Below are positions 50,022-62,446 of a stretch of 64,000 bases of DNA, in pieces. Source of the stretch: Podarcis bocagei (lineage: Eukaryota); assembly GCA_964188305.1 (NCBI GenBank), contig OZ076895.1; one strand, given 5' to 3'. Made by a program: the position numbers and the translations under genes. The notes beneath the pieces were generated by a model, which was given only the letters and a program-made list of their open reading frames with translations, had not been told where the DNA came from and made no database searches. Positions within the stretch are counted from its first letter, which is position 1. Each line of letters begins with the position of its first letter.

Positions 50022-51250
50022 TTGTTGTTGTTGTTCTTTAGTCGTGTCTGACTCTTCATGACCAGAGCACGCCAGGCACTTCTGTCTTCCACTGCCTCCC
50101 GCAGTTTGGTCAAACTCATGTTGGTAGCATCGAGAACACTGTCCAACCATCTCATCCTCTGTTGTCCCCTTCTCCTTGTGCCCTCCATCTTTCCCAACAT
50201 CAGGGTCTTTTCCAGGGAGTCTTCTCTTCTCATGAGGTGGCCAAAGTATTGGAGCCTCAGCTTCAGGATCTGTCCTTCCAGTGAGCACTCAGGGCTGATT
50301 TCCTTAAGAATGGATATGTTTGATCTTCTTGTAGTCCATGGGACTCTCAAGAGTCTCCTCCAGCACCATAATTCAAAAGCATCAATTATTTGGCCATCAG
50401 CCTTCCTTATGGTCCAGCTCTCACTTCCATACATCACCACTGGGAAAACCATAGCTTTTACTATACGGACCTTTGTCGGCAAAGTGATGTCTCTGCTTTT
50501 TAAGATGCTGTCTAGGTTTGTCATTGTTTTTCTCCCAAGAAGCAGGTGTCTTTTAATTTTGTGACTGCTGTCACCATCTTCAGTGATCATGGTACCCAAG
50601 AAAGTAAAATCTCTTACTGCCTCCATTTCTTTCCCTTCTATTTGCCAGGAGGTGATGGGACCAGTGTCCTTGATCTTAGTTTTTTTTATGTTGAGCTTCA
50701 GACCATATTTTGCACTCTCCTCTTTCACCCTCATTAAAAGGTTCTTTAATTCCTCCTCACTTTCTGCCATCAAGGTTGTGTCATCTGCATATCTGAGGTT
50801 GTTGATATTTCTTCCGGCAATCTTAATTCCGTTTTGGGATTCATCCAGTCCAGGCTTTCGCTTGATGAATTCTGCATATAAGTTAAATAAGCAGGGAGAC
50901 AATATACAGCCTTGTCGTACGCCTTTCCCAATTTTGAACTGATCAGTTATTCCATACCCAGTTCTAACTGTAGCTTCTTGTCCCACATGGAGAATTCTCA
51001 GGAGACAGATGAGGTGATCAGGCACTCCCATTTCTTTAAGAACTTGCCGTAGTTTTCTGTGGTCAGCAGTCAAATGCTTTTGCGTAGTCAATGAAGCAGA
51101 AGTAGATGTTTTTCTGGAACTCTCTAGCTTTCTCCATAATCCAGCGCATGTTTCCAGTTTGGTCTCTGGTTCCTCTGCACCTTCGAAATTCAGCTTTCAC
51201 TTCTGGGAGTTCTCAGTCCACATACTACTTAAGCATGCCTTGTAGATTTT
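50022..51250 (-). mobile_element. 5'-truncated, inactivated Bov-B (RTE clade) LINE, RT domain and C terminus
   Basis: ORF 49958-51091 has GVRQGCILSPCLFNLYAE, NLRYADDT and DAFELWCWRRLLRVPWT. The upstream frame reads RWIMEKAREFQKNIYFCFIDYAKAFD with two premature stops, and there is a frameshift near 51065. (CAA)n tail at 50022-50035. Confidence 0.95.
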
Positions 51251-51580
51251 TCCACTTTGCATAACAAAACAGCATGGCTCACGATAGTACTTCTTGAACT
51301 GCTACCTGCCTGAAAGCACGCTAAAAATTGAAATAAAAGATGAAACCAAAGGCCTATTAAGACTACAAGGGAGCTCATGTTGAAATGATATGAGAATCTA
51401 TTAACCAAATGCACAACTATTTGTTGTTGTTTTTTAAAAAAAGTTTAGAAAAGAAACATGCCATCTGTTTGGGGCGTTTCATAGGCTGGAAGTTATTAAT
51501 CTATTTACATGCATAATAGCAATGGGATTTTATCATCTTTAGTAAGAATATGAAGTCCTTGTAATTGCTGCATTGTTATA

Positions 51581-51844
51581 CAGTGGTGCCTCGCAAGACG
51601 AAATAAATTCGTTCCGCGAGTCTTTTCGTCTTGCGGTGTTTTTCGTCTTGCCAAGCACGGTCCGTCGCAACTGCGCCTCTTCAAGCGGCTTTAAGAAAAA
51701 AGCGAACAAACTCGCAAGATGTTTCCGTCTTGCGAAGCAAGCCCATAGGGAAATTCGTCTAGCGAAGCAACGCAAAAACCGAAAAACCCTTTCGTCTAGC
51801 GAGTTTTTCGTTTTGCGAGGCATTCGTCTTGCGGGGCACCACTA
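51581..51844. mobile_element. MITE family A copy A4 (minimal interior)
   Basis: TA-CAGTGGTGCCTCGCAAGACGAA ... TTCGTCTTGCGGGGCACCACTA-TA. Confidence 0.9.
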
Positions 51845-53557
51845 TACAGAATGAACTGGCTTATGCTTGACCTTTATATCTATTTTATGCTATTTATTAA
51901 TGTTTGTATGTTTTGCATAGGGGTGTTACTATGGCAATGCAGCATTTTAGATATTTAAGACTTCATGGTCTGGGGGCCCGTTTGACATTCCAAGTCGCAC
52001 AAAAAGTAAACATAGTCATATTGGCTCATTAGAAAAATTCCAAAATCCATAATTATAATTATTACACCAACCCAAATACCACAAAACAATGTGCAAGCTG
52101 CAGAGTTCTCCAGAACTATTCATCAGGCAGATGGTAAATGGAGCAATGGGTGGGGGGAGGAATTGGCTGATACTGAAGCCTTGAAATCTGCTTCAGCATG
52201 CAGTCTTCAGAAGGGATCAGGCTGCGCCAAGGCCAATTGGGGACAAGAAGCATTCCTAGGTGAATTACACAGGTTCCTTTAGAGTGGAAAACAAGAATAG
52301 AGAGACACTAATTATTATATTAATAAAGATGGAAATTAATTGTAGGTTGTTTGCTAGGCAACAGAAGTCAAATTGGATTGCTTTACTTAGAAGTTGGGAG
52401 GAGGAACATTCCCTCAAAGAATAAAGTCACATCTTTCCTCGTGATCAATCTATAAATTAAAGATAGAGACAGAACTGCGTAACAGCCTGTTCTTTGTGTG
52501 AAATTTTGTTTTGCCCAACAATGTTATTACCCTAATATGGCTTTTGGAATTCAAAATGGGAGTAATTCACTCTGAGCCAATAAACCCTTGAGTCTTCAAC
52601 CATGGGAAATTTTGAACTGTGTATGAAATGCAGACTTTTAAATCCTTACCAGACTAAAAGCAAGTTGAGTACCAAACTCTGCAGTCATCAGTGAGCATAC
52701 CAGTTTACGCAACTACATTTTTAATACCAAATTTTGAAGATTAACTCAGGACTTTATGTCAGAATACAGTACTGTTGACACACAGTGTTCACACTTTGCA
52801 ATATGTGTGACCACTGCATTTTATTGTGTTAACATTTTGTATTTTTAATAGATGGCTTTTAATGGAAAAGTTTGGCACAGTACTATTATTTGCCATTTTA
52901 ATATATTTATGATCAATTCATGCATGTCAATATCTATGTTGATGTTTCTGCTACTTTAGCACTCTTATTAACAGTGGCCTAAGCAATAGTGTAGGGTATA
53001 TAGTGATGTTAAATTCTCAAGAATAATCTTTTGGAGAATATTCTCAATTAATGAGAATATTAGAGAATTTTTATTTAAAATAGGAGAATATTCATTTTAA
53101 TGCATTGAAAATGATATAATTAGTTAATATACATGTTTATTCATGGGTAAACTTGTTCAGATGGCAACCAAAAACTGTATAGATACTTTTATTCAATGGG
53201 GCAATGCAGTGAATTCACATTCTTTGGGTTTTTTTACACCAAACTAATCACTCAAAAAATACAATTGGCATGTTAAGCTTTGATACAAGTAAATTCAGTA
53301 ATAGGCTATCTTGTGTGTCTAATAGCTCTAACACTTAATAACTGTTTTGGTGACTAAAACAAATAATAAACAAAACTATATGCATACATATAGAAAAGAA
53401 GCCATTAACATTATATTTCAGTATGTCAGTCTCTGGTAAATGGCACCTTGTGCCATTGAATGGCACTGCAAAAACCAGTTACTGGCACTAAATAAAAATA
53501 TAGAAACATCAACTGTTTAAATCAAGGCCACCTCACATACTGTTACACATAATTGTA

Positions 53558-53920
53558 CAGTGGTGCCTCGCAAGACGAAATTAATCCGTTCCGCGAGTCT
53601 CTTTGTCTAGCGGTTTTTTCGTCTTGCGAAGCAACCCTATTAGCGGCTTAGCGGATTAGCGCTATTAGCGGTTTAGCGGCTATTAAAGGCTTAGCGGCTA
53701 TTAAAGGCTTAGCGGATTAGCGGCTAAAAGGCTATTAGCGGCTTAGCGGCTTAGAAAAAGGGGGGAAAGCGGAAAAAAATCGGAACACTCGCAAGACGTT
53801 TTTGTCTTGCGAAGCAAGCCCATAGGAAAAATCGTCTTGCGAAGCAGCTCAAAAACGGAAAACCCTTTCGTCTAGCGGGTTTTCCGTCTTGCGAGGCATT
53901 CGTCTTGCGGGGCACCACTG
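53558..53920. mobile_element. MITE family A copy A5 with (TTAGCGGC)-type tandem interior
   Basis: TA-flanked TIRs as in A2-A4; degenerate TTAGCGG repeats at about 53640-53754. Confidence 0.92.
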
Positions 53921-54111
53921 TATAGGCCTAAGTACTTTAAGTGTATAAAACATTAAAGCTACTTTCTGTATATATATAAAAAAATCACACTGTATGGCCA
54001 AGGGTATAGAATTGCTAAGAAGAAGGTCACACCAAAATAGAAAAAAGGCTATTACATATAGTTGAAATACATACAAATTCAAAGGTTCATCAAATTAAAT
54101 GAATAACATTC

Positions 54112-54169
<58 letters not shown>
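54112..54169. repeat. (AAT)n microsatellite
   Basis: Direct reading. Confidence 0.96.
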
Positions 54170-56639
54170 TGTTTTCTGTAGCTCACATTTCAGAACTGCC
54201 AATGGTGAATGACACAATGCCCAGTAATGTAACTGGATCAAAAACATCATTATTCATTACTTACACTGGCAATATCACAGCTTGACTTATTATTTACTAG
54301 ATTTTTTAAAATGTGGGTTGTAAAACTGGTTCTTACATTAGAATTTACAGTTTGTGGAGAATATTCTCCGGAGAATTTTCTAGCAGAGAATATTCTTGAG
54401 AATATTCTCATTCTCTAGACTATTCTCTGGAGAATATTCTCACCTCACATCACTAAGTGACTTTATTTGTTGGTTCCTTTTATTTATTGAGGAGGGTCAG
54501 TTGTATCCTACACAGGCGAGGAAATTGTTCATTGCCAGTGTGCCTTGATAAAACATAGGAAGCTGCCTAGTATTCCTGCCTAGGAATCATACAATTTCAG
54601 ACAGTAATCCTTCCCAACCCTACCTGAGATACTTATAAACAATAACTGTTGCAGTTTATAATGGATAGGATGAAGTCTCAAAGCCTACAAAAACTTATTT
54701 AAAGCTGGCTGTGACTTAATTTTTTCCTCCTGGAGCTAGATATGTACTACGTCGCATACAAATTTGTCCCAAATCATGGCATGTTTCATTTTCCCAACAT
54801 TACAGTGCCCAATTTTTTGTAGCCTTGATAAAAGGGACTTTGTGCCTTTCCCCACCTGCTGCTCCACAACTTAACTGTATTCAAAACAATTAACTAATGC
54901 ATCGTTAACTGTCCACTCCATTGATTTATATAGGTCCTATCAATTCATCAATGAAGTTTTGTTGATTAATCTACCAATGAAACAGGTTAGCTGTTACACT
55001 CTGGAAAATTAAAACTTAATCCTAACATGTATATATCAAGTTTATCCTGTAGAACCTTTATATTAAAAAAAAGATTCACTTCTTTTTCCACATCTAAATG
55101 GAGCATTTTAAAAAAAAACAGGACTAGAATTTGATATAGGATATTTTATGGGCATTTTAATAAGACATCATTACAAAAATCAGCTTGTGAAAACCACTTA
55201 ATTTATCAGCATGTGTTTCATTTAACTGCCTTTTAATTACTTGGGTGCTTGGGATAATGCTTTTCAGAACTATAGATTGATTTAATGCCACAATAAAGGC
55301 TTTCTGCTTTAATCTTTAATTACTTCACTGAACTTGCATTTACTTAATAGCAATGACTAGATTTTGCTGGCGATAGCCAGTTGTCAATGATGAAACAGCC
55401 TTTACTCATCAAGGAGCAAAAGTGGTTCATATCTAAATTCAAAACATATCTTCAGCAAAAGAAAAGGGGAGGGAAGCTACCATATCTAAGGTTTCAACTG
55501 GATAACTCACTTGGAGTTATCAAAAACACTTGAATTTTCTTAACCAGCTACTCCCTCTCAATGTTCTACGTTCATCATTCATCATCTGGAGCCTAGGCCC
55601 ACCAAATGCGCACACATCTCTTGTACAGACTTCTCTAGAGGCCCACAGGGCTTAACAATCCTCACCCAGGGGAAAACGGAAGGGGAGCTCCACTGACCAC
55701 TCAGGGACTCAGCGTGGCAAGTGGTAGCTTTGCACTAGCCAATGAGCTTGTGCACTGGTGCCTGGGCTGGGAGGATGGGTGTGGCTTGGCCTTGGCCAAT
55801 AGGACTACTGCTGCTTTTGAGGTTTCCCCCCTTTTGCATGCAGAGCAGCTCCTTGGAACAGAACAACCACTTTTTGGAGAATAGGGAAAATGTTTTGGAT
55901 AAGGTACGATAAAAACAGATTGTTTAATCTCAATTTTAGGTAATTGTTGCATGTCATATGCTCTAATGTAAACCAAGATATGCCTCAATGCAAGCCTGTT
56001 ACACAGTTTAAAGATGAAAATGAATTAAGAACTATGTAACAAAAAACTCCAACAGATTTTTAAAAGAAGGCTTATTTTTCAGCGGAAAACTGCTCTTTCA
56101 GCGCATTACTTGCAACAAATATGCGTTCAAAACTACTTAAAGCACACTTTTGAATGTATATGCTGGACTTTACACGTAGGAGGAATTAGACACAAATGGG
56201 TTATACCTGTTGCTTTTATTTCTGTCACTGAATATGTTTGGTTTAAGGCTAGTGGTGCTCACAGTCTATCACTGATATGTTTAAATAAGAGGGCATTGGT
56301 AAATAAAGCAAACATAAAAGATGTACAGCAAAATTTGATCCATGGCTCCAAAGAGAGAGTTAATTGAAATGCAGTTGGCTGAGATAGGTACAAGACATAT
56401 TTTCCCACCATTTCACTGCTGACATAAATTTTTCTTTAGATCAAAAACACTGCAAGAATATTTTAACAGCTTCCTACTGAGTATACACAAATTCATCAGC
56501 CACTGTGGAATACTCTGGGTTATCAAGTTTGCATAATACATACAGGAAGATCCACACTTGAAAAGAATACTCTTTTAACATCTTTGTACCAAACAACCAT
56601 TACTTAACAGTTTACACTTTTATCTTGTAAGTTGTACAG

Positions 56640-56640
<1 letters not shown>

Positions 56641-56677
<37 letters not shown>
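56641..56677. repeat. (TA)n microsatellite
   Basis: Direct reading. Confidence 0.96.
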
Positions 56678-56680
<3 letters not shown>

Positions 56681-57106
56681 TACTTCAATGCATATGGTAG
56701 TTTTTTTAAAGTCTCACTCCAGGGATGTTTTGAAAGGAACTTTAGTCAGCTTCTGTTATTATGAGAAGATTCCGAATTTGTATATTTTTATCATCCGCCA
56801 GTGGGCCCAAGGAAAAAAGATAAAAGCTCCAACCTCTTCAGTCTCATGCTTACCAGTCATATTAACCAGACTTAAAGATAGCTAGCCAGAAACCATCACG
56901 TCCCGCTTCAGGCAATGAACACATGACAAAGCCCTTGAGAAAGCAGAAGGCCATTTAATGGCTGTGTTCACTCATCATGGTAAAGCATAGTTAGTGGTTC
57001 CCGCTTCGCCCCTCCCTAGCACAAGCGAGAGCAACAAATCATGACCCCTGACTTAGCTTTACATCTGAACCAAGGACCTTGGTTTGTGTCACTCTAAACA
57101 AACTAC

Positions 57107-57285
57107 GGCTGTATACACACTATACTTTTAAAGCACATTCAAAGCACATTTCCCCCCTCAAAAAGTTATGGACATTTTTGTCTGGTAAGTGTTGCTGGAA
57201 ATTGTAACTGTGAGGGAGTAAACTAGAGTGTGCAGAATTCTTTGAGGGAAACAATGTCCTTTAAAAGTGCAGTGTATATGTAGCC
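57107..57285. mobile_element. Palindromic MITE (possibly PIF/Harbinger-type)
   Basis: Left GGCTGTATACACACTATACTTTTAAAG versus reverse complement of the right end, GGCTACATATACACTGCACTTTTAAAG. Confidence 0.7.
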
Positions 57286-57286
57286 T

Positions 57287-57616
57287 GGGACACGGGTGGC
57301 GCTGTGGGTTAAACCACAGAGCCTAGGACTTGCTGATCAGAAGGTCGGCGGTTCAAATCCCCGTGACGGGGTGAGCTCCCGTTGTTCGGTCCCTGCTCCT
57401 GCCCACCTAGCAGTTCAAAAGCACGTCAAAGTGCAAGTAGAAGGTAAACAGCGTTTTCATGCGCTGCTCTGGTTCACCAGAAGCGGCTTAGTCATGCTGG
57501 CCACATGACCCGGAAGCTGTACGCCGGCTCCCTCGGCCAATAAAGCGAGATGAGTGCCGCAACCCCAGAGTCAGTCATGACTGGACCTAATGGTCAGGGG
57601 TCCCTTTACCTTTACT
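57287..57616 (+). mobile_element. Sauria SINE S6 with small internal deletion
   Basis: 12-bp TSD TATATGTAGCCT (57275-57286, 57617-57628); lacks the TAAATAGGTACC segment seen in S2, S3 and S5. Confidence 0.95.
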
Positions 57617-58667
57617 TATATGTAGCCTATGATGTTAAGCCATGGTTTGTTCTTGCCTTACTGACTGTGGTTTGTTTAAGCTAATCTCATCTGGATCTAG
57701 CAGATATTCCAACACTGTCTGCTTCAACAGCCCCCTTATTCAAGCTCCTGGGAACTAAATGACAAATCAATCACTTGTAGTAACATTTTGGCTCCATCCA
57801 TATCAACCCTTGCTGCCTATTTTTCTTTCCATTAAAAATGAGCCATTATCTGTTAAAGGGCCAAAACATACACATATATACCCCCATGGATAGAAAGAGC
57901 CACAAAATCATTTCTTCTTGTAAGTACCACACAACCTGGAATTTAAAGATGTTTACCCAACCCTAGGCTAAAGTAACATCTAATTAAGATGCAGACTAAT
58001 ACATTTTTCCAATGTTACACTGAATGTGGAGAGAAAGACAAAATGTGTAATCTCTGTTCCTCTCTCTACATGTTCAGTTAACCATCCACATTGAAACTGC
58101 ATGTGGACCCAAATATTTGCATAGGGTCCTGGGTTCTGAATCATAATCCTGCTTTTCAGTGCTGGGGAGAAAGTGGAATTTGTGTGTAGTTTCTATGCAG
58201 ACAACACCTGGGAAGGAAAGCAGGACTGCCTGTAATATCCTGCTCCCCACACACCCCATTTAGCATGCAAAAATAGCTTCTGCATGTTGAATTTATTTAG
58301 GAATATTTTTGCTATTATTTCTGTGCCATTAGGAATCATGTTCTACTTCTGTACCTTAAATCAAAGTCTAGGTTCATTGACGCCTCTTGTTTCATAAGCC
58401 AAACAGAAATGGCTCATGAAATATTGGTATCCTCTCTGTAGGTAATGCTTTTAGACAGGGTCAGGGTGTGACATAGGATCTTGGCTGTGAGTCCTGGAAG
58501 ACCTGCTCCCTGCCCTGCAGGCCCTTTTCCACTTGGCCTAAGCGGGCAGGGCCCTGACTGCTTTCAACCTACAAAAGCTTAGGCTTCTGAGTAAATTCTT
58601 GGCCAGTAGTATAATGTTTAAGGGGTTTTTTTGTGTGTGGAGGGGTTGTTGCTGTTATTGATATTTA

Positions 58668-58926
58668 CTGTATTTTTCGCTCTATAAGACGCACCAGACC
58701 ACAAGATGCACTTAGCTTTTGGAGGAGGGAAACACGAAAAAAAATATTCTGAATCTCAGAAGCCAGAATAGCAAGAGGGATCGCTGTGCAGTGAAAGCAG
58801 CAATCCCTCTTGCTGTTCTGGCTTCTGGGATAGCTGTGCAGCCTGCATTCGTTCCATAAGACGCACACACATTTCCCCTTACTTTTTAGGAAAGAAAAAG
58901 TGATTCTTATAGAGCAAAAAATACAG
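58668..58926. mobile_element. Tc2/pogo-like MITE with internal hairpin
   Basis: TA-CTGTATTTTTCGCTCTATAAGA ... TCTTATAGAGCAAAAAATACAG; internal stem CAGAAGCCAGAATAGCAAGAGGGAT / ATCCCTCTTGCTGTTCTGGCTTCTG. Confidence 0.8.
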
Positions 58927-59888
58927 GTTTTTTTAATCTTTACTTTAGATCTTATGATTTATGTGGAATAGTTTGATATTTTTGTTGTTTTTGACTACTT
59001 TTATTGTCTTTGTAATTGCATATTTTTTATATGTTGTTATAAACATTTGTTCTTTTTAGTACTTAATACAGTATCCTAAGCCCTGAGACACTGCAAAGAC
59101 TGAAAAAACTTCATATGATTTCAGCAAGAGAAGCTGCGTAAAAGAGCTGGCCAGTAACTTTCCCGAGTAACCATTTTCTGAGGGAACAAAAGAAGCCAGA
59201 GAGTGACACACCGTTCAAGAACAGCTCCAGTTAAATCACAACTAATGTAGGTTTATAAGCAGCACACATTTATATACTAGAAACCATATTTTCTGGAAGG
59301 TGATCTGTGAATATTGCCATTGTCAAAACCAAAACACATTCCATTGCTTGACAAGATAAAGTGTGTGTTTCTTCATCCAAAACAAGCATGTTTACCAAGC
59401 CTGGGAGGTTGAAAACTATTAGAACTGGGAATTTTTTGAAGCCATGCAGAGATTGGCTCAATATCCTTCAAAACCAAAGCTACAGACTTGCAGAGCAACA
59501 AAATCAACACCACCCTGGCAGTATTAATTTCTCTTGAGAAAGAGCATGAAAACTAAGGCTGTTTATTCTGTAGCATTTTGCGGTATACACATTCTGGAAC
59601 TAGCTCAATAATGGGCTTAAAAATGGAAACAATGAAGTATGTTTATAAGACATGTGAGAAAACACCTAAATGCTCAGTTAAGTAAGTTAAACAATAATCT
59701 CAAAAGTTACTGATACACTTCTTTCTGTGTTTTGAATGTATCAAAATCAGTGGAGTAATACTGTACCAAATTAAAGCATTAGGGATTTCACAGGAGAAGA
59801 TTACAAAGCGTGACATCTGCATTAGGGCACACATACATAATCCCTGATCTATCTGATTTTGTTCTGTAACCTGAGAATTACACTGCTG

Positions 59889-59889
<1 letters not shown>

Positions 59890-59939
<50 letters not shown>
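59890..59939. repeat. (TA)n microsatellite
   Basis: Direct reading. Confidence 0.96.
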
Positions 59940-59940
<1 letters not shown>

Positions 59941-62446
59941 CACAGAATTTCTTTGGGAATCAGAAACACATGCTAAATGTGCACACGCTGCATTTCATCA
60001 ACATTAAAAGTCCACACATTTCATTTCTCAAAAAGTTGGAGGTTGAGAGGCAAGAAGCAGCACCCAGGTTATACAATGTACCCGCCTGTTATCCAAATAA
60101 CAGTGTTATCGAAATAACTGTTATCCAAATAACAGTGATTTGTTACTCTAAAAATTCAAATTTTTTATAAAACCTGCAAAAGGTAAATGTTTTTTTTTAA
60201 ATCCTGGGGACCACTTGAAAATATGCATTCATTAGGCATTTTAAAAGTGCAAGAAAAACAAGCTATGCAAGAATATATTTGTATATCTCACACATGCACA
60301 CAAACAGACACACATTTTGTTTTTTGTAATGAAATGTAATGAAAACCGCCTGAAAAAGCAGCGTCCCACAGCACACTATGCTTTAAACTTGAGCAGCTTT
60401 TTCCTCAACAGAAAATGAAACCATTGATTTCAATGGGCCTTCCAATGGCTAACATTGGAAATGTGTTCATAAAACAGGTGAGTTTTGAACAAATGGTTCA
60501 CATTTTCATCACCATATCAAAGCCTTATGTTTACAATATCTGTATTTTGTCACTTAAAAAAAAATCCAGTGAGTTGCTCACTGTTTTGTACTTCAATACT
60601 TTTATGGTCAAAGACATTTCATCTTTTGCTATCCAAAATATTGAGAAAAAGGTGCACACCCCAGAGCTTAACATACCAGCATCTTGCCTCTTCTTGTTTA
60701 GTTGAAGTTAGTCAACATTTGTGGCTCAGTACTCTAGAGGCACAACAGCATGCTATTACAACAGATGTCCAGTTATGCCTTCCAGCTTAGCCACTGAATG
60801 CAAACATATAAAGAAGAAAAAATACACATCTAGTAACATGCTTCTGGAGACAACAAATCCTTCAGGGATACAGTGTACTATCGTTAGAAGGGGGAGAGGG
60901 GGGATATGCTACTGCCGCAATACGTTTACCTTGTGTGCAGTTGTGGGAATCAGATTGCACTGATATTAGATTACTTATGGAAGCAAAATGTCAAAAGACG
61001 TCCAAATTATTTTAACTAAGCAGACAGAGTTAGGCTGTGTCTGCAACAGCCCTACTTGTCTACCAGCAGGTACTAATTCCCAACTGCATTCAAGTTGCAG
61101 GTTTTGCATTGCGACCCTGGCACATCTGTTATCAGGGCCAAGTAACACTGTAACTTAAGTACAATGCAAGCAACTATGTATCTTTAATGCAGCTAATTAC
61201 AGGAGCAGGGAAACCTGATTCTTACTGCAAAGCCACGTCGTAAGGGGAGGCTTCTCTCTTCACTCTGCCATGGAGATCATACCCACTGATTTGCAGTCAG
61301 CTGCCCCACTGAGGTCTGAATGCCATTGATAGGCTCAGCTACTGCACACACACGCATTGACCACATACGAACCACATGCAAACCCAAACATACAGCAGAG
61401 ACATTCACCACAGATGCTGGCACACAGTACTCTGTGTGTCTCTGTAGAGCAGACATAGATGGGTTGTTTTGGGGATGAGCAAACATGGAGAGCAAACACT
61501 GTGTCTTGTTGTTCCTCAGGGAATAATCTTAAGTGTTTTTTTTCCTCCTCACTGAGCCCTCCTTCCCACTTCAACACATTAAGACCTTCTGGCAATGCTC
61601 CCACACCAAAGGGAGAAAGGGCACCTGATTTTAGGACACTGCTGGCAGCTGGCGGGTGCAGCCCATTAGCCCTCCACCTGTTTTAACTGATTAATCTTGA
61701 GATCTTGAACATGCAAGGCATGAACATTATCAGTATGGTTTAGCTCACAAGGTTTTGCTGCTGTATATTATCGTCAACATCGTTTTATTAATTGCCTTTT
61801 GTACAATTGTCTCAAAGCAGGGTAAAAGAAAATCAGAAAAGAAAATCCAGCAGATACGTTTAAACAAAACTAAAGCTGTACAAAGTAGACGCTCATGGCG
61901 GAGATCCAATTATCTAGCTGCAAAAGCCAGTGTAAGAGGCAGCTCAAATAACTGGACCTTTCATGTGATTGTTTGGTTGTTCAAAATTGCTATTAGAGAT
62001 TAGTTATCTCAGAACAACCTAGATTAAAATTAGAAAGCTTAGAAGGTGTTACTACATTAGGCATATGCGCTAGATGTGTCATGTTCTAACATTTAGTACA
62101 TTTGTGCTACTTTAAATATGTGGTTTTAAGATCAAAACTGCAGTTTGTGGTAATATATTGAAAATAAACAGATGGGGGGAAAGTATTTGCTTTGAAGCTA
62201 AGCACTACATAGCAAGACCAGTCATCTTAAAGCTACTTAATATTATTCATGTGGCAGGCATCATTACTGTTTAGAGGAATAGAAAAAACATTTTACCACT
62301 CATGCAGTAGCTCTGCTTGTCCCTTGATTCTGACATGACAGATTTATTCCAATTAGGCTGTGAACTTGCTCTCCCACCCTCTAAAGAAATGTGGTTATTT
62401 AGGGTTTTCTCATATGTGGTTGGGAGCTACCTTGGGCACACTAAAG

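Larger units (their letters stand above)
53001..54455. mobile_element. AT-rich non-autonomous DNA transposon (hAT Ac-like ends) hosting MITE A5
   Basis: TIRs TAGTGATGT / ACATCACTA; clusters of palindromic GAGAATATTCTC at both ends (about 53012-53093 and 54356-54441); no matching TSD seen. Confidence 0.65.

Noticed and set aside
49958-51091. 377-aa ORF as an intact gene or active RT
   Set aside because: It is a truncated Bov-B fragment. The ORF begins just before a frameshift, upstream RT motifs lie in another frame with stops, and the endonuclease is absent. The antisense ORFs at 50058-50942 are shadows.
59090-59200. Minus-strand acceptor followed by ATG (cttttgttccctcag|AAAATGG)
   Set aside because: The ORF ends after 17 codons and no good donor follows.
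61755-62003. 82-aa ORF resembling a membrane micropeptide
   Set aside because: TTG start; the hydrophobic-then-basic pattern is explained by T-rich then A-rich sequence.
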